The notes under the pieces are model-generated. The model was not told the origin of the DNA and did no database searches. It saw only the letters and a list, made by a program, of their open reading frames with translations. This document shows, one piece after another, positions 38,501-53,500 of a stretch of DNA of 64,000 nucleotides. Source of the stretch: Clostridia bacterium (GTDB lineage Bacteria > Bacillota > Clostridia > Oscillospirales > Acutalibacteraceae); assembly GCA_017473435.1 (NCBI GenBank), contig JAFULG010000002.1:42664-106663 (forward strand). The letters run 5' to 3'. Position 1 is the first letter of the stretch; every line of letters starts with the position of its first letter. Both the position numbers and the translations under genes were made by a program.

Positions 38501-41500
38501 GACTGGTATAAGTTCTTTACAGGTGCTGCCTACGGTGCCTCCGGAAATTCAGAATATGACTATACCATGATTCTTCATGTTCTTGATAAGGCTCCTATTG
38601 ATACAAAGGTAGGTACCGGCGTTCTTTCAAGATCGTATTGGGCACCCTTTACTTACGGCGGAATTTCAACAGATGAAAGGGGCAACTATAAGCCCGGTGA
38701 TGTAATTGTTGCAGGTCCAAATGCAGGTAACGCTCTTGATCCCGGATATTTCAAAGGCGAGCTTCCCCTTTATTATCAAAACGCTTCAGGCGCAAAGAGT
38801 GATGAAGCACTGACAGGATATGAACCTGTTTATTTCGACAGTGCTGCTTGTTGGCATATTAATGACTGGGATGATTTCTACCGTACATTCGCAACTGCAA
38901 CCTGCGGACTTCATGTTCCTCTTGCAGAACTTGTTACCAAGAAGTCAGCTGCATCAAGTATTTACGGTGAAACTGATATTCTCGGTCTTGACGTTACGGT
39001 TCCTCTTAAGAATACCGGTGACGCTCTTTATGACAGACTTTTCATTCCTCTTTACAGATTGCTTGGTATCAGCGATTACTACAATGTAAACTCCAATCCC
39101 GGCGGCTACCATGGCAGACAGGACATTCTTTATGCCAGCGGTACCTATTCATATGAAAACGGCTTCGTTGATGTATCATCAATTACGGATTCCGGTTTTA
39201 CACTTTGGAAATATGTACTCGAGCCTATTATTTATTGGCTTGAGAACGTTCTCTTTGTTTCTCCTGTAAAGACAATAGCTGAGCTTCTTCCCAATCTGCT
39301 TGCTATGCTTGAGTATGATCAGCTTATGCCTAAGCTCAAGAATATTCAGGCTGACATTGATGCTGTTGTTAAGCCTATTGGTATTACTCTCCGATTTGAC
39401 GTTCTTATTCTCAACCTTTCAGATATCGTTGTTCCTCTTCTTGAAGGACTCGGTCTTACAAGTGATGCTCTTTCGGGCGGTATCAACGGTCTTCTTACGG
39501 CTCTGATGGGCGGTACACGAACTACATATTACAACAAAGATGAAAAACTGCCTAACAGCGATAAAAATGTAACCTGGTTGATGGAAGTTTCAACCGAATT
39601 GCAGGAAGTAAAAGATGCAAACGGTAAGGTTGTTCTCGGCGATGACGGTAAGCCTCTTATGCAGGAGGTTAAAGTAACCAGCGAGGAAAATCCTGCTAAA
39701 TGGGTATCGGGAGATACGACTTATTATATTAAGAATCCCGGCTTGCTTACTTCGGTAATGTACGGCTTGTTCCTTAATAAGGATGACGTTACAAAGAACT
39801 CCTTCCTTGACTGGCTCTGGAGCACAACCTCAGGTGAGAAATCTCAGGTACCTCTTAACATTCCTGTAAACCGCTTCATGTCAGCAGGTACGCTTTATAA
39901 TCCCAAGCTTCCTGTTAATCAACAGAGTAACGTTACTCTTATTGAAGGTGTTTACGGCACAGTTAAGAACTATCATATCTATGCAGAACCCGGTATGTCT
40001 GTTCTTACTCTTTTGCGTTGGCTCCTTAATGAAGGTACCATTGATGTAATTATGCCTCTTCTTAACGGTCTTATCAAACCTACTGTTAATGAAGAAACCG
40101 GCGAAACACAGCCAAGCATACTTGATACAATTTTACCCTTGCTTGACGGTCAGGCAGATAACATTATGGCTATTGTTATTTGCTTACTTAATGACTATGT
40201 AATCGAGTACACAACATATGAAGATCCCGCTCAGAATCCCAAAGATTGGAAAAACTGGAATGCAGACGGTACTGCAGGCGAATCTTATATTAATGATGAC
40301 GGCTCCTCTAAGTTTGCTGTTGGTACAATACTTGAAAAATATCTTTCTGAAGGAAATGCCAACATAACTGATGAAGAGCGAACAAGCGGTAATTACACAG
40401 AAGCCGAACTTATTGCAAAGGCTGACCTTGCAGTCGCCAATGCTGATAAGCTTATCAACTCACTTGCCACAACGCTGTTTGTTGCACTTGAAGGAACCCT
40501 TATGGGTATTGATGCAGTTCGCGACCTTGGTTTTGGCCCTGTTATCGAAAGAATGAAAGCTTCAATCAACAGTGATAACCCTGCTGATAAGGTTACACTT
40601 GAAGATGTTGTTGCTGATACAGTTATCGGTAATAATCTGGTTGATATGCTTATGAATCTTCTCTTCGGTAACGGTCTTCCCACAAAGGCTAAGGATGCTG
40701 CCGGAACAGCTATCCAGGCTCACGAAGGTGCTGACTCAATGAAGATGAACTACACCTACGGTGACGGCACAACAAAGGAACTTACCTTCTATATCACAGA
40801 GGGTGATAAGGATAAAGATGTTCTTCTTGACGCAAACGGCGATCCTGAAATCGTACGTCAGGTTAAGTACAAACCCGTTCTTGATGAAAATGGCAAGGAG
40901 ACAGGCCAGTTCACAGACGATATCATCGGTTTTGTAGTTAATGAAGGTCTTCTCGGTGGTCTTTTCGCTGATCCTACAAGCATTCTTAATAAGGTTCTTG
41001 AGGCTCTTGGTGAATTTAATCTTGATCTTAGTCCTGCAGGTTTCTATAAGGCTTATACTGATACTACAATAAGCGGCTACAATAAAGAGCTTGCAGCTTG
41101 GATGAAGAAACAGGCTGAAGCCTTTGCCGGCACAGCTCTTGCTGACAGTAATGTAGAGGCAACACTTAAGACTATGACCTGGGGTGACCTTCGTGCACCG
41201 AAGGGTACAAAGTGGTTTGATGAAAACACTACAGATATGGATCTCAAGTTTGACCGTTTCGGTGAACTCATCTGCGACGTGCTTACTCCCATTAACCCCG
41301 TACTTGCATTCCTTCTTTCAGGTCAGGATATCGTTCTCTTTGACGAGCTTAAGCTTCAGGGTGAAAATGGCTATTCAAGAGGTATTGTTGTAATTCTTGA
41401 AGCTCTTGGTCTTGATGCAGCTTGTATGAGTCAGAACAGATTCGATAACTTTGTATACAAGGCACCTGCAAATACAGGTGAAACAGGCTCAAAGCTTCAT

Positions 41501-44500
41501 CAGTATATGAACAGTAATAATAGTGCATATGATAACGATGTTAGCGTTGATGACCTTTCAAAAGAAAAAATCACTCTTAACGGTAAGGTTGTAGAAAGAA
41601 GATTTGCAAAAACAATAAACTCACCTCTCAAGCCTCTTATCGTTGCTATTAAGGAGCTTCTTCTCGGTATTGAAGAAAACGGTACAGTTGTTGAACCCGG
41701 TCTTCTTGATTCACCTCTTACAGTTCTCTTCTCAAAGCTTCCCAACATTGCTTACAACCTGTATCTCTTTGAAACTGTAGAAACAGACCTTTTTGGTGAA
41801 GAGACGGTTAAGAATACCTATAACTTCTCAATCGCTGTTAAGAACCTTATTGCTCCCGTAACAAAGGTTCTTGATGTTGTTGATCCTGTTCTTTCCAGAC
41901 TTCTTAAGCTTGATATCAATGAACTGCTTGACAGCATCCTTGATATTGAAGCTCTCGTAAATAATCTTGTTGGTAGTCTTGTTGGTGGTGCTGACAGTAA
42001 GGGTACAAGTATGAAGATTTTCGACTTCGCTAAGCTTGCTGCCGACTCTTCAGTAATCAACAGAAACGCTACAACGAACCGTTATAACTTCACTAAGTTC
42101 ACCAAATTTGAAGGCTCACCCGGTAAGCTCTTCATCACTCTTATCAGAACTCTTCTTACAAGCGAAATCGTTGGTGCTATCGGTGGTCTTATCGCAAATG
42201 CATTTGGTGTAAACGATGAGACTCAGAATGTAACTGACGAACAGAAGGAAGCTTCAGAGAGAATTAAAAATATTGTAAAGATGATTCAGACTAACCTTTG
42301 TAAGCCTGATACGAAAAATGAGCTTGAAGGTGGTATGTACGTTGACTATCTTACAAGTATAATTCTCGATATCTTTACAGACTACCTTCCTTCAGACGGT
42401 GAATTCTACTTCTATGAAATCATTAACCGTGTAGATACTGAACTTATTAAGCTTGAGGATCAGATCAAAGCTATGAATGCGTACGGCGTTAAGCATCAGG
42501 GTTATGATTGGGCGAACAAGCCTAAGGATGATGAAGGCAACCTTCTTTTCACAGAAGCAGAAGTTAATACAACAATTGAAAATCTTGACTATGTTATAAA
42601 GAATGCTGTTCCTGAAGTACTTGCAACTCTTCAGGCTAATGGTATCCTTGGTGACGGACTTGATGCAAATCTTGCAGGTGATGCAGGTCTCTGGGGTCTT
42701 GTGAAGGGTCTTTTAGGTGATTTTATCCTCAAGGACGATTTCCTTACAACGCTTGCTAACCTCATCTGCGGTCTTCTCGGCGCATCAGGCGATACAGGCA
42801 CAACAGGTGTTATTCAGCAGGTTCTTAAGTCAGCAGGCTTTGATATCACCTTCAATGCGTTCCTCTATAAAGCAGACGGCAAAACAAAGTCCGAACTTTA
42901 CAGTTACTTTACATACGGTTTCTACAAGGAAAACGGTAGCCTTAAGCCCGGTGCTTCAGGTGGATACGATATGTACTACCTTGATACTGATGGTGACGGT
43001 TTAATTGACGACCTTAATAATAACGGTACTCATGGCGATGAAGGTGACGAAGTTGAAATCACCTGGGCTCAGGTTTACAAGAACCATAGCTATGATGTAT
43101 ACGAAACAAACGAAGACGGAGAGCTTGTTATAGTTAATGGCGAGCCTCAGTTCAAGACAGTTAAAGTACAGAAAACCAGAGAAGTTCAGGATGAAAAGGA
43201 CGGCGCTCCTGTTGTTGATGAAAACAATAAGCCCGTTATGAAAACACAGTACGCTTACTATTACTTCAATGAAACATTTACAGAAGTTTGGCTTGAAAGC
43301 GATAAGCGTACCAAGTATACCGTAAACGGTATTGAATATGATCTTGTAAAGGTTTACTCAGGTGAGGATGAGGATAAGACTCATAAATCACGAGTAAATG
43401 AAGAAACCGGAAACACAGAGTATGCTTATACCTATGTCAAGAAAGACAAGGAAGAAATCTGGCTTGATAAGTCCGGTGAAAGCACCGTTACAGTAGGACC
43501 AAGCTCCTATAGCTTGTCTATTGTTGAAACAGATAAGCTTGAGAATGTACTTGATGAAAACGGCAAAGTAGTTCTTGATGATAACGGTGAACCTGTAACA
43601 CGCAAGGTATATGAAAAAGCTCTTCTTACAACTGCATATCCGCAGCTTAAACAGGACGGTAAGTATGTTTATAGCTACAAAGATGCCGAAGGCGTTGAGC
43701 AGACATACTTATCAAATTACCAGCAGGAAACAAAACTTGATAGCGGCGAATCAAAGGACGGAAAGAAAATCTTCTTCGACCTTAGTCCTGTATACTCTGA
43801 AACACTCACCGACCGTGCATGGGTTTGGGGTATTGATGATCCTGTCCTTGTTAAACCTGATGGTACATTAAGAGATGAATTCACGGCTAAGAAGGTTGCC
43901 GTTGTTAATACTCTCTGGAGTGTTCTTGAACCCTTCGCTAACATTTTCTCAGCACTCTTTGCAGGCGATGCTCTTACACTCTTTGACGGAACACTCAATA
44001 TCGAAGGCGGTTGGGGTTACATCAACTATATCCGTCCCTTGATGAATGCATTCGGTCTTGATGCTATTCTTGAACAGCTTTCAGCCGAAGAAAAAGAAGC
44101 AATCCAGACAAAGGATGCAAATGGTCAAGTAATTGAGCACCTTATGACAGAAGAAGAGTATAAGGCAATGGTTTACAATGCAGACGGTACTCTTAATCCT
44201 GAAGGTCTCGGAACATCAGTAAAGAATGTAATTAACTATGTATTCTACTTTGTTGAAGTTCTTTGTAACTATCCTGTAGAAACACTTGCAGTTGCTCTTC
44301 CCACTCTTGCATATTTCCTCTATGCAGACGGTATTACAACTCTTGTAAGTAACATACTTGTTCCTATTACAACTCTTACTGACAGACTCGCAACAATTCT
44401 GAACATTGACATTAATGCTATAGGTGCAGGTCTTCTTGACATGCTTGCAACAGGCTCATGGAAGAACTTCCAGGTTGCTCTGGAAACATTCATGAAGATT

Positions 44501-47500
44501 GACGAGAACGGTAACCTTGTAACAAGTGTTGATACCGGTCTTTCACTCACAAAGTCTCTCTTTGCTCTTCTTACAACATTGCTTGAGCTTGATCTTTCAG
44601 GCATACTTGGTGAAGATGATCCTTACGGCGGTAAGTACGGTATAGTTCTCTTTATCAATAAAGAAGCTGAACTTGCAGCAAAGGCAAAGCTTAAGGAAGC
44701 AGAGGCTCTTAAGGTTGATGAAATCAACAATTCAACTGAGATTGCTAAGCTTACCGAGGAAGCAAAGAATATCCGCGGTACAGCTCTCAGTGATTTCCTT
44801 AAGTCAATCGCAGCTCTCGGCGACCCCGTAAGTGAGCATAGCGGCAGCGGTCACGGCCATGACCCCGCCGAAGAATATATTGCTGAGAATTATGCTGATT
44901 ATGTATATGTAACCAAGGACGGTCAGGTTCCCGTAAGCAAGGCTGAAGTTCTTATGTTCATTCTTGACTTTGCTTTCCAGAATGAAACACTTAAGAAGGT
45001 TATCGGTAACCTTCTCGGTTATGATATCACTGATGAAAACACCAGTGATGCAGAGCTTCTTGATGAAATTCTCACTAATGTATTTACAGATTACAATGCA
45101 CTTGTTGATGTTATTGTTGCTCTCTTCAGCGGTTACACAGCAAACGATATATTAGAGCTTGAGCTTAAGACGATCGATCAGGAAAACCACTTCAGATTCT
45201 ATGAAGATTACGGATTCTATGATCACAAGGATGTTCTTAAAGAGAACGAAAAGCTTAAGGCTGAGAATAAGGAGCTTATCACAGAGATTTCTCGTGTTAA
45301 GACTTCTGCAACAATAGATAACCTTGATGCACTTGTAGGTAAAATCCTTAATCTCTCACTCATTAAAGAGCCGCTTACTAGGGCTGATGACCTTACAACT
45401 CCTGAGAATGAGCAGGGTATCTTCAATATGTTTGGTCTTAACGGAGATGATACTATTACTCTCCAGGCTCTTGTTGATTCTATCTTTGAAACATATCTCT
45501 ACGACGATAAGGGTCTTAACAGTATTATGGATATGCTTATAGGTCTTCTCGGTGGAGAAAGTGCATCACAGATAATCAACATTGTTCTTGATATTCTTAA
45601 GGGCGCAAGTAAGGATGTTGACGGTAAACCCACAATGAACCTCAATCCTGATGCGTTTAAGAATAACGTACCTGAACTTGCCGGAACAATTGATAAGGCA
45701 ACCGACCTTAACGGTGACGGTAATATCTCCTGGGATGAGGTTGCAAAGGCTAACTCTCAGTATCAGTATGTTGTTAAGAATGAAAAAGATGAAGTTCTTG
45801 AAACCCTTTACAGCGAAAAGACTCCTGCTGAGCTTGACAAGAATGATGAAGGTGCTCTTGTTCTTGACGGTAAGGTTGTTTCTGCTGATATGATTCAGGA
45901 ACAGGATTATGTGATCAAGACTGAACAGGATAACAACGAAAAGGATATCCAGGTTAAATATTACAGGTATACTTATTCGGTATCAGTAGGTGACTCACTT
46001 CAGAATGTACCTGTTGAGCTCAAAGAATCAGGTATAACTGAATGGGTTGAAGTTGCAGATGATCCCGAAACAGACGAAAACGAAGAGGTTAAGCATCTTG
46101 TTAAGGCAGTTATGCGTGATACCGACAAGCAGAAGACTGCAGTTAAGATTTCCGCTACATGGAATATAAATACACGTGATGAGTTTGTAGACACTCTCTG
46201 GCGTTGCATTAAGCCTCTTGCTCCTGTATTTGCAATGCTCTTTGCAGAGGGCGAGCTCAGAGTATTTGATAAGATTGCACTTTCAGGTTCAAAGGGCTAC
46301 TTAGGCTTTGTACTTCCTCTTATCAATGCTCTTGGTATACCTGCTCTTAAGAAAACTGACGGTAGCAGTTATCTTACAGCAGATAAGTATATCTCAGATT
46401 ACGATGCATATAAGACTGCTGTTTACGGTAAAGATGCTAGGCTCACCTTTGATGAGCACGGCTATCTTAACGATACAGACGGTAAGGTTATGCTTACCAC
46501 CATCACTGATGCACTCTTTGCTCTCGTAGATTCACTTTGCGCAAGACCTGTAAACACTCTTCTTACAATTATTCCCTATCTTGCTCATGCAATTGACAGT
46601 GACGGAATAGATGTAATTCTCGAAAACCTTCTTGTTCCTGTAACAACAATTACAGGTATGATTGAAGATATCTACAGCATTAACATTCTTGGTATAATCA
46701 AGGATCTCCTCAGAGGTCTTATCAAGGATCTTAATGACAAGGCAGGCGTACCTTCTGACAGCACTGATTATGAAGATCAGGGTTCAACTGCTGCAGCCGC
46801 AGCTGCACTGCTCCTTGAAAAAGTAGAAGAAGCTGAAGAAAACACTCAGACCGGCGGAGAAGCTGCAATTGCTGCTCTTGCAGAGCCTGATCCTGCACTT
46901 GATCTCAGCGGTGCAGGCGGAGCAAACTACAAATTCCTTGATCTTATCAAGGAGCTTGTAAAGGGTCTTTCCATTAACGGTACATCACTTTCAAGTATTA
47001 TTGATGTAGATAACATCTTCACAAATCTTTCATCCATTGCATGGATGCCTACAGAAATGAAGGGCAACCTTGAATCAACCGGTGAAGTTCAGAAAGTTAT
47101 AATGAATGCTTCAGGCCGTGGCGGCAGCATTGACAGATATGACGCAACTGAATACACTGTTGACCGTGAGTCAGTTCTCATTAAGGTTCTCAACGATATC
47201 GTATTTACTGACGGTATCCGCGATCTTATCGGCGGTCTCCTCAAGTTTGACTTCAGCAATAAGGCAATGACAACACTTACAGAGACTGACAAGGATTATC
47301 TCCTTACAGTTCTTCTCTACGGTGTATTTGAAGATCCCGAAGCTCTTGAAAGACTTCTTATTGACCTGCTTTCATGGTATGATGTTGAATATCAGGATGC
47401 ACGTGTATCTTCTGCTTCAAATGTAACAGAGTTTGATTCATTTAATGAAGGCAGAGATGAACTCGTTTATGGCGAACAGGGTAACGGTCTTGATAAGGAG

Positions 47501-50500
47501 CAGATGGAAAAGCTTCCCGAAGACTTTGACAGCCTTATCGGTAAGATTGTTCCTGCTGTAATCGGTATGCTTCCTGAGGGTACACTTGGTGACCTTACTC
47601 TCACCGGTGCAAACCTTGAAGAAATGGTACACAACCTTCTCGTTGGTCTTATGGCTGATAAGGAAATCACCAACGAAGACGGCACAAAGACAATGAAGTA
47701 CGGCTTTGCTACTCAGCTTGTAGAGCTTCTTGTAGGTGCTCTCGGCGGTAACGCAACAGTTTCAATGATCGTAGGTCTTCTTCCCACTATCATAGATGGC
47801 GTTGATGTAGAGCTTAAGGACTTTAAGAAAGTTAATGCTGCATTCAACAGCTACTTCAAGAAGACTGACGGCACAGAACTTAACACATGGGCAGAAGCAT
47901 ACGAATACTTCAAGACAATCAAGAAGTATGTTGCACCTGAAAATCCCGCAGCCGGCTATGTTCCTCCCGCATACGAGGCAGATACACTTAATCTCTATGC
48001 AGTTGACGATGCAGGTAAGCCCATTCCCGAGTTCAAGCTCGACGAAAAAGGAGCAAAGATTCCCGTATACAAAAACGCTCCCTATGAAGAAGCATTCGGT
48101 GCAAGGTATTACACAGATGCAGGTTCTGCTCAGACTGAAAATGAGCAGCCTCTCGAAAATACCTATGTTGTTGCTACAAAGGACGGCAAGGTTGTTTATA
48201 CATACCAGTATGAACTCAAGCTTACAAATACCAACTCCTTCGGTATCAAAGATTATGATGATATTCTTGAGCTTGTATCACAGATTCTTGCTCCCTTCGC
48301 ACCCGTACTCCGCTTCCTTCTTACAGAGGCTGACCTCGTAGCACTTGACGGTGTTCATGTAACAGGTGGTGACGGCTATGATCGCTTCATCATTCCTCTG
48401 TTCGAGGTACTCGGTGTTGACAGTTATATGAATGATAGCGATTCAAGCTATGAAGGTAGCTACAAGTTCATTAACAAGAAAGCATTTGCAGCACTTGACA
48501 ATGAAGCATTTACAAAACAGGTTGTAGCTTATATCGACGCTCTTATCTCAATGGTACTTAACACTCCCATTCAGACAATCGTTGATCTTATTCCTGAGCT
48601 TGTATTCTTCATCTACTCTGACGGTCTTGCACAGGCTGTTGAACAGCTCGTTGCTCCTCTCCTTACTCTTGTTGACATGGTTAACGATATCACAGCTAAG
48701 GAAGTTGTAATCGAAGGCAGAGATGACAAGCTTGTAGCTCTTGATATCGTTGGACTTATCACCAACCTTATCAACGACAGCCTTATGAAGCCCAACGGTC
48801 TTCCCGTAGTAGATGGTTTCTATGGCGAAAACGGTCTTATTACAAGACTTCTTACAGCTGAAGGTCTTGAAACTCTTCTTCAGGGTCTTCTTGATAAGGC
48901 TAACACATATATTTATGCATACACATATGAAGTCCCCGCAGCTGAAGAGGGTAAAGAAGCTGAGGTTAAGACAGTATACCTTGATTCTGAAAATCAGAGC
49001 ACATATATTCCCGATGAGACAAAGCCTGACGAAGCATTTAATCTCACTCGTGCAGCTGATAAAGATAAGAAGGTTATCAATCTCGGTCTTGATAAGGACG
49101 GTGTCGGCGGCGCTGACGAGAAGCCCATTGAAGGCATCTTCAGATGGATCCTTAAAAAGACATGTAAGATTGAAAAAGTTGCAACTCTCCGTGAATTTGA
49201 TGCAGTAAACGGCAAGGTATGGGGCGTTAAGGCTAATCGTGCAGACACTCTTGTACAGATTATCTCTGAAACTCTCCTTGGCGGTGATATGCTTACAAGT
49301 CTTCTTGCATCCTTCGGTGTTGAAATTAAGGAAGGCGAAATCCTTGACACAATCCTTAAGGCTGTAACAGGCGAGAACAAGTATGTAATCTTCGTGGTTC
49401 TCCTTAAGTACTTCAACGAATACGAAGTTGAAACAATGCTCATGGAATACCTGTCCTTCGAAAAGCAGGAATATGAGTATGAGGCTATCGACGGCTCAAG
49501 ATTCACAAAGCGTAAGCTCAGAAGGGCTATCAAGAAGCTTGACGGTTCACTCCTTACAGTTGTTCCTGAGCTTATCCCGATGCTCGAAGATGTAGATCTT
49601 ATCAGAACACTCCTTGACAAGATTGGCGGCTATAAGCAGGGTCAGAGTCTCAACGACCTCGTTCATGAGCTCCTGAACGCTTATGTATTCAACGACAAGA
49701 CTGTCAATGAGCTCATGGGTCTTCTCATCGGTCTCCTCGGCGGTGAAAACCTTGCCGGCACTCTCGGCACAGTTCTTCCTCTCGTTAAGGATATCGTTGG
49801 TATCGACGTAACACCTGCAGGCTTTGCAGCTGAATCATCATCACAGGCTGTCAAGGCATTCCTCGGCGCTGCTATAGATGCAGCTGCTGCAGAGGAGGTA
49901 GTTGATAAGGACGGAAAGCCCGTAGTAGACGAAGACGGTAAAGCAGTCCTCAAGGGTAAAGAAAACGTAACCTGGCAGGATGTTGCTGAATTCTACACAG
50001 TATATGTATACTCATACAACGACGTAACAGCAGAAACCAAGTTTGCTTACACTTACACCGATAAGGACGGTAAGATTGTAAATTACTACTCTGCAGAAGA
50101 AGACGATGATCTTAAGATTATTGTTGACGAAGAGGAAGTAAAACTTGAAGCTAAGGGCACAAAGACCTTCTACTCATACACCACTAACTACATGTACAGC
50201 AATGACGCTACTCTCCACGGTACACCTGTTGAGGGTAAGGACGGCAAGACATGGTTCGGTTATGAGCAGGCAACAGATGCTGACGGAAACCTTCTCTGGG
50301 ATGAAACAAAGGGCGGCGAAGCAGCCGGTGTACCTCTTGCTAAGACAGAGAAGAAGACTGTTGATGTTATTGACGAAAAAACAGGCGAGCCCAAGAAGAA
50401 TGCTGACGGTACAACTGTTACTAAAGAAATTGATGTTCCCGTTCGAGCAACAAAGGTTGTTGCGCCTGAAGGCGACGAAGCATTCAACTGGCACTTTGAC

Positions 50501-53500
50501 AGATTTGACACATACCAGGGCAAGAAGAATGCATTTATCGAAATTCTTGCAGGTATCGTAACTCCTCTTGAAGGCGTTCTCAACTTCCTCCTTCGCGGTG
50601 ATTCACTCAGAATTCTTCCCGAGGGTGATGACGGCGCAGTTCTTGAGCTCTACGGTAATAAGGGTTACGAAAACGTAATTATGCCTCTCTTCCAGGCACT
50701 CGGTGTTGACCAGATCGGCGGCACAATCGTATCTGCTAAGGACTATGAAGACGGCAGAGGCACAGATATGACTCTCTATGCGATCACAGAAGGTATCTTC
50801 TCAATCATAGAAGCTATCACTCTCAATCCTCTTGAGTATATCTTCACACTTCTTCCCTCACTTTCATACTTCATCAGCTGTAACGGTCCCGAAACCGTTC
50901 TCAATAACCTCCTTTCACCCGTACTTGCACTCCTTAACCTCGCATATCCCATCGTTGGTGACCTTCTTGACGATCTTATCGGTGCATCCATCAGTGATAT
51001 TTTCGGCGACTTCATGCCCGACACTATCAATTACACCGTAAAGGTTAATAAGAAGTCTCCCGTATACAAGACCACTACAGAAGTTGTAGACGGTGTTGAA
51101 ACAGAAGTTAAGATTAAGGCAACTACAACAAGTGAAAAGGTTACCTATGAAGATAAGACATATTACATCACCGCCGGTGACGGAAAAGGTGAAGTAATCG
51201 CTGATGCTTATGTGGTAGAATATGATGAAGCTGCACAGGCTCCCGTATTCAACACATATAAGGCTTATGCTCTCACAGACCTTCTCAAGATCTGCGGTGA
51301 GTACGGTGAAAACCTTGTTAACATTATCAATAATCTTGTTGGTCCTCTCCTTCTTGGTAAGGACGCTACAGAAGAAGAACTCGCAGCATTCAAGCTTCTT
51401 GACGATACATTCTTTGCAGATTATGCCGCACAAGCACTTACAGTTAATAAGCAGAAGGACGAAGCAAAGTTCTACTACTTCGTTGAAACTGCAGACGGTA
51501 GCTGGATTAAGGTAAGAGACCTCCTCTACAAGAGCGAAATGGGCACAATCAAGGAAACTCACTACGTTGTTGACTGGTTCAAGGTTGACATTGCTGATTC
51601 AGCAGTATTCCTTCTTGACAATGTTCTCTCAGAGACACTCCTCAGAGAAATTGCAAAGCTCGCAAAGATTGATCTTACAGACGAGGATAATATCCTTGCT
51701 GCAATTATCAAGAACCTTATCAATAACGATAATCCCGGTCTTATAATTACAAGCATCATCACAGCGCTCTTTGAAAATTACACAATCAAATACAACGAAC
51801 TCTACGGTGAGTTCTTCACACCTGACCACAGTCATCTTGACAACCTCAAGACTGAGGAAGACAAGACAAAGGCCGCAGCAGTTCCCGGTCAGCTTGATAA
51901 GATTATCAAGAACGCACTTCCCGCAGTGGCTCCCATCCTTTCCAAGCTCCTTGCTCCCAAGGACGGTAAGAAACCCACAATCCTCAACGATATTGTTGAT
52001 AAATTCGACACAATCGCTAACACAACAGACGAAGTTGCTGACCTTTACGAAGTAGCACAGTATCTCCTTGATGAGCTTGTGCTTTCCGATGAGCTTGTAA
52101 ATACTCTTGCAGCTCTCATCGTAAATCTTATCGGCGGTACTGACATCATTGGAACTATTATCGAATACTTCGGTCTCACCGGTATCAAGCTTGATCCTCA
52201 GAGCTATCTTGCAACTGTTGAAAAGGCTTATACAGTCGATGATATGAAGACAGCTGTAGCTGCATTCAAGTCAATCATCGGTGAAGCTACAACCTGGGCA
52301 GATGTTGTAAGAAATGACACAACACCTCTCTATGCTTACGAGTATGCAACCGGAGAAAATGACGACAAGGGTAATCCCAAGAAGGCAACTGTATACCTTG
52401 CTGATGCAAACGCAACAACCTACGAGCTTACAAAGACCGTAGGTGAAGGCGAAGCAGCTAAGGAAGTTAAGGACGAAGTTGCTCTTACACAGGTACTTAC
52501 CGAAGACGGTAAGAGAGTTGTTAAGGCTGAATACAACAATGTTGTAGACGGCAAGAAGGTTGCAGAGCTCAACTGGGGCGTAAATAACGCAAAAGATAAG
52601 AAGGATGCATTCATCAAGGCTCTTTCAGTTATCATTGAGCCTCTCTTCCCCGTACTCCAGCTTGTACTTCAGGGCAAGATTCTTACTCTAGTTGGTCACA
52701 ACAAGAAATCGTACACACCTGTTAATATGGTTGAGTACAATTCTGACGGCACACACATTACAATCGAAGACGATTCAAGAACAGGTGAAGAAATCGGTAA
52801 CGGTTACATCGAGCTTATGGGTGTAAACGGCTACGAAGAGCTCCTTGTTCCCCTTCTCGATGCACTCGGCGGTCTTGAAGCATTCAAGGCTTATGATGAA
52901 GACAACAATCCCGACGGCATTATGACTGCTGATGAATTCAACGGTCTTGCAAATGCATATGATATGCTTGATTACATTGTTAACGTTGTATTCGCATTCG
53001 TAAATAATCTTGTAGCAAGCCCCGTAACATATCTTGCAAATTACCTGCCCTCACTCCTTTACTTCATCGGCAGTGACGGTGTATACAATGCAGTACAGTC
53101 AGTTCTTCAGCTTGTAAACGGTCTCATAGCAGTTGTTGAGCCCCTTATCGGACCTAACGGCATTAAGCTTTCTGACACACTCGGTCTTCCTCTTGATCTC
53201 CTCATGCTCAAGCTTGACGACTCAACAGTTCCCGGTAAGGTTCAGAAGACTAATGTCGACGGTAAATATGCTTACATCGCTAAGAACGACGAAACAAAGA
53301 CTGAGATTTACCTTGATAAATCAGGTCTTACAAAGAACGGCGACGTTGAAATCGAAGCAGTGATGGAAGATGGCTTCATCACAGTCAAGGGTCTCTGCTC
53401 AATGATCAATGACCTTATTAAGAAGCCTGACTTCATTAATAAGACTCTTCTTCTTAAGCTTGCAGGCTACCTTGGTGACTTTGAGGTAATCAGCACTGTA

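Noticed and set aside
42983-43018. DTDGDGLIDDLN and the other D-x-D-G-D-G loops as cellulosomal dockerins.
   Set aside because: Dockerins have two such loops with F-helices about 22 residues apart near a C-terminus. Here the loops are single, internal and one per module. No cohesin-like sequence is evident.
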